From positions 1 to 17,767 of the forward strand of contig JAWOBN010000053.1 in assembly GCA_046484245.1 (NCBI GenBank): 17,767 nt of DNA. Direction: 5' to 3'. The position numbers were made by a program, and so were the translations under genes. The notes beneath the pieces were generated by a model. The model did no database searches and had not been told where the DNA came from. It was given only the letters and a program-made list of their open reading frames with translations. This document shows positions 17,502-17,767 of the stretch, one piece after another. Positions within the stretch are counted from its first letter, which is position 1; each line of letters begins with the position of its first letter. This DNA comes from a bacterium (GTDB taxonomy: Bacteria; Hydrothermota; 32-111).

Positions 17502-17767
17502 GCGGCTCGACCGTTCCTTACACTCCCCCGCTTCGCTTTACATCTTTGGAAGCGCCGCGTATATTCTGCTCGATGAACCGGATCGAACCAGTCTTGATAT
17601 CGACGTGGCGGGGCCCTATTCAAAAGTGGACGAGAACGATTTGAGACAGGCCGCCGAATCGATCGGCCTGCCGGTCAATCCCGAGGATGCCTATGGGGGA
17701 ATCATATTGAATGGGTAGGACCGTTGCGACTTTGCCTGCAACCCCCGGTCCCCGGTTCCGGAATGAC
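17482..17767 (+). pseudogene. Fragment of a Pol-beta-superfamily nucleotidyltransferase (DUF6036/AbiEii-like); no start codon, apparent frameshift, runs off the window
   Basis: The frame from 17482 reads ILLNYLERLDRSLHSPASLYIFGSAAYILLDEPDRTSLDIDVAGPYSKVDENDLRQAAESIGLPVNPEDAYGG, with a GS-x14-DID motif. It stops at 17716-17718. The -1 frame past the G5 run (17695-17699) stays open to the window end as NHIEWVGPLRLCLQPPVPGSGM. Confidence 0.6.

Noticed and set aside
17647..17670. Inverted repeat CAGGCCG-N10-CGGCCTG
   Set aside because: It is a 7-bp stem within the NTase frame with no U-tract, and is not at the junction. Likely chance in GC-rich DNA.
14970..17767. Cyclase-STAND plus nucleotidyltransferase as a genuine two-gene defence operon
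   Set aside because: The compositional break, the missing NTase start and the apparently truncated TPR region argue that the adjacency is artefactual or accidental. It cannot be supported without read data.
1..17767. tRNA, rRNA, CRISPR array, IS element or intrinsic terminator
   Set aside because: Intergenic gaps are under 60 nt and no such structures were seen.

Overview
Bacterial chromosomal window read with genetic code 11. All genes lie on the + strand and are densely packed. The outer-membrane barrel and lipoprotein point to a diderm, possibly an FCB-group or candidate-phylum lineage (inference). There are four apparent transcription units. (1) gatC(partial)-gatA-gatB-eno-ftsB-MTH1187-family-HPP-family-nth. 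(2) A sigma70 promoter, then a LiaF/DUF2154-like membrane protein, a lipoprotein with a discoidin-like C-terminus, and a NAT16/HisAT-like GNAT. (3) A sigma70 promoter, then yajC-fmt-purF, a secreted beta-rich protein, and a 1019-aa SprA-like outer-membrane protein with Gly/aromatic repeats. (4) A probably leaderless gene for a soluble-adenylyl-cyclase (ADCY10)-like protein with tandem cyclase, STAND NTPase and TPR regions. Near 17480 this last gene appears cut off. The sequence there switches to compositionally foreign DNA (about 57% GC by hand count, TCGA-rich, whereas TCGA is almost absent upstream). That tail encodes a start-less, frameshifted Pol-beta-type nucleotidyltransferase fragment missed by the ORF track, so it is either an assembly chimera or an insertion junction. 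No RNA genes, CRISPR arrays or transposases were seen.
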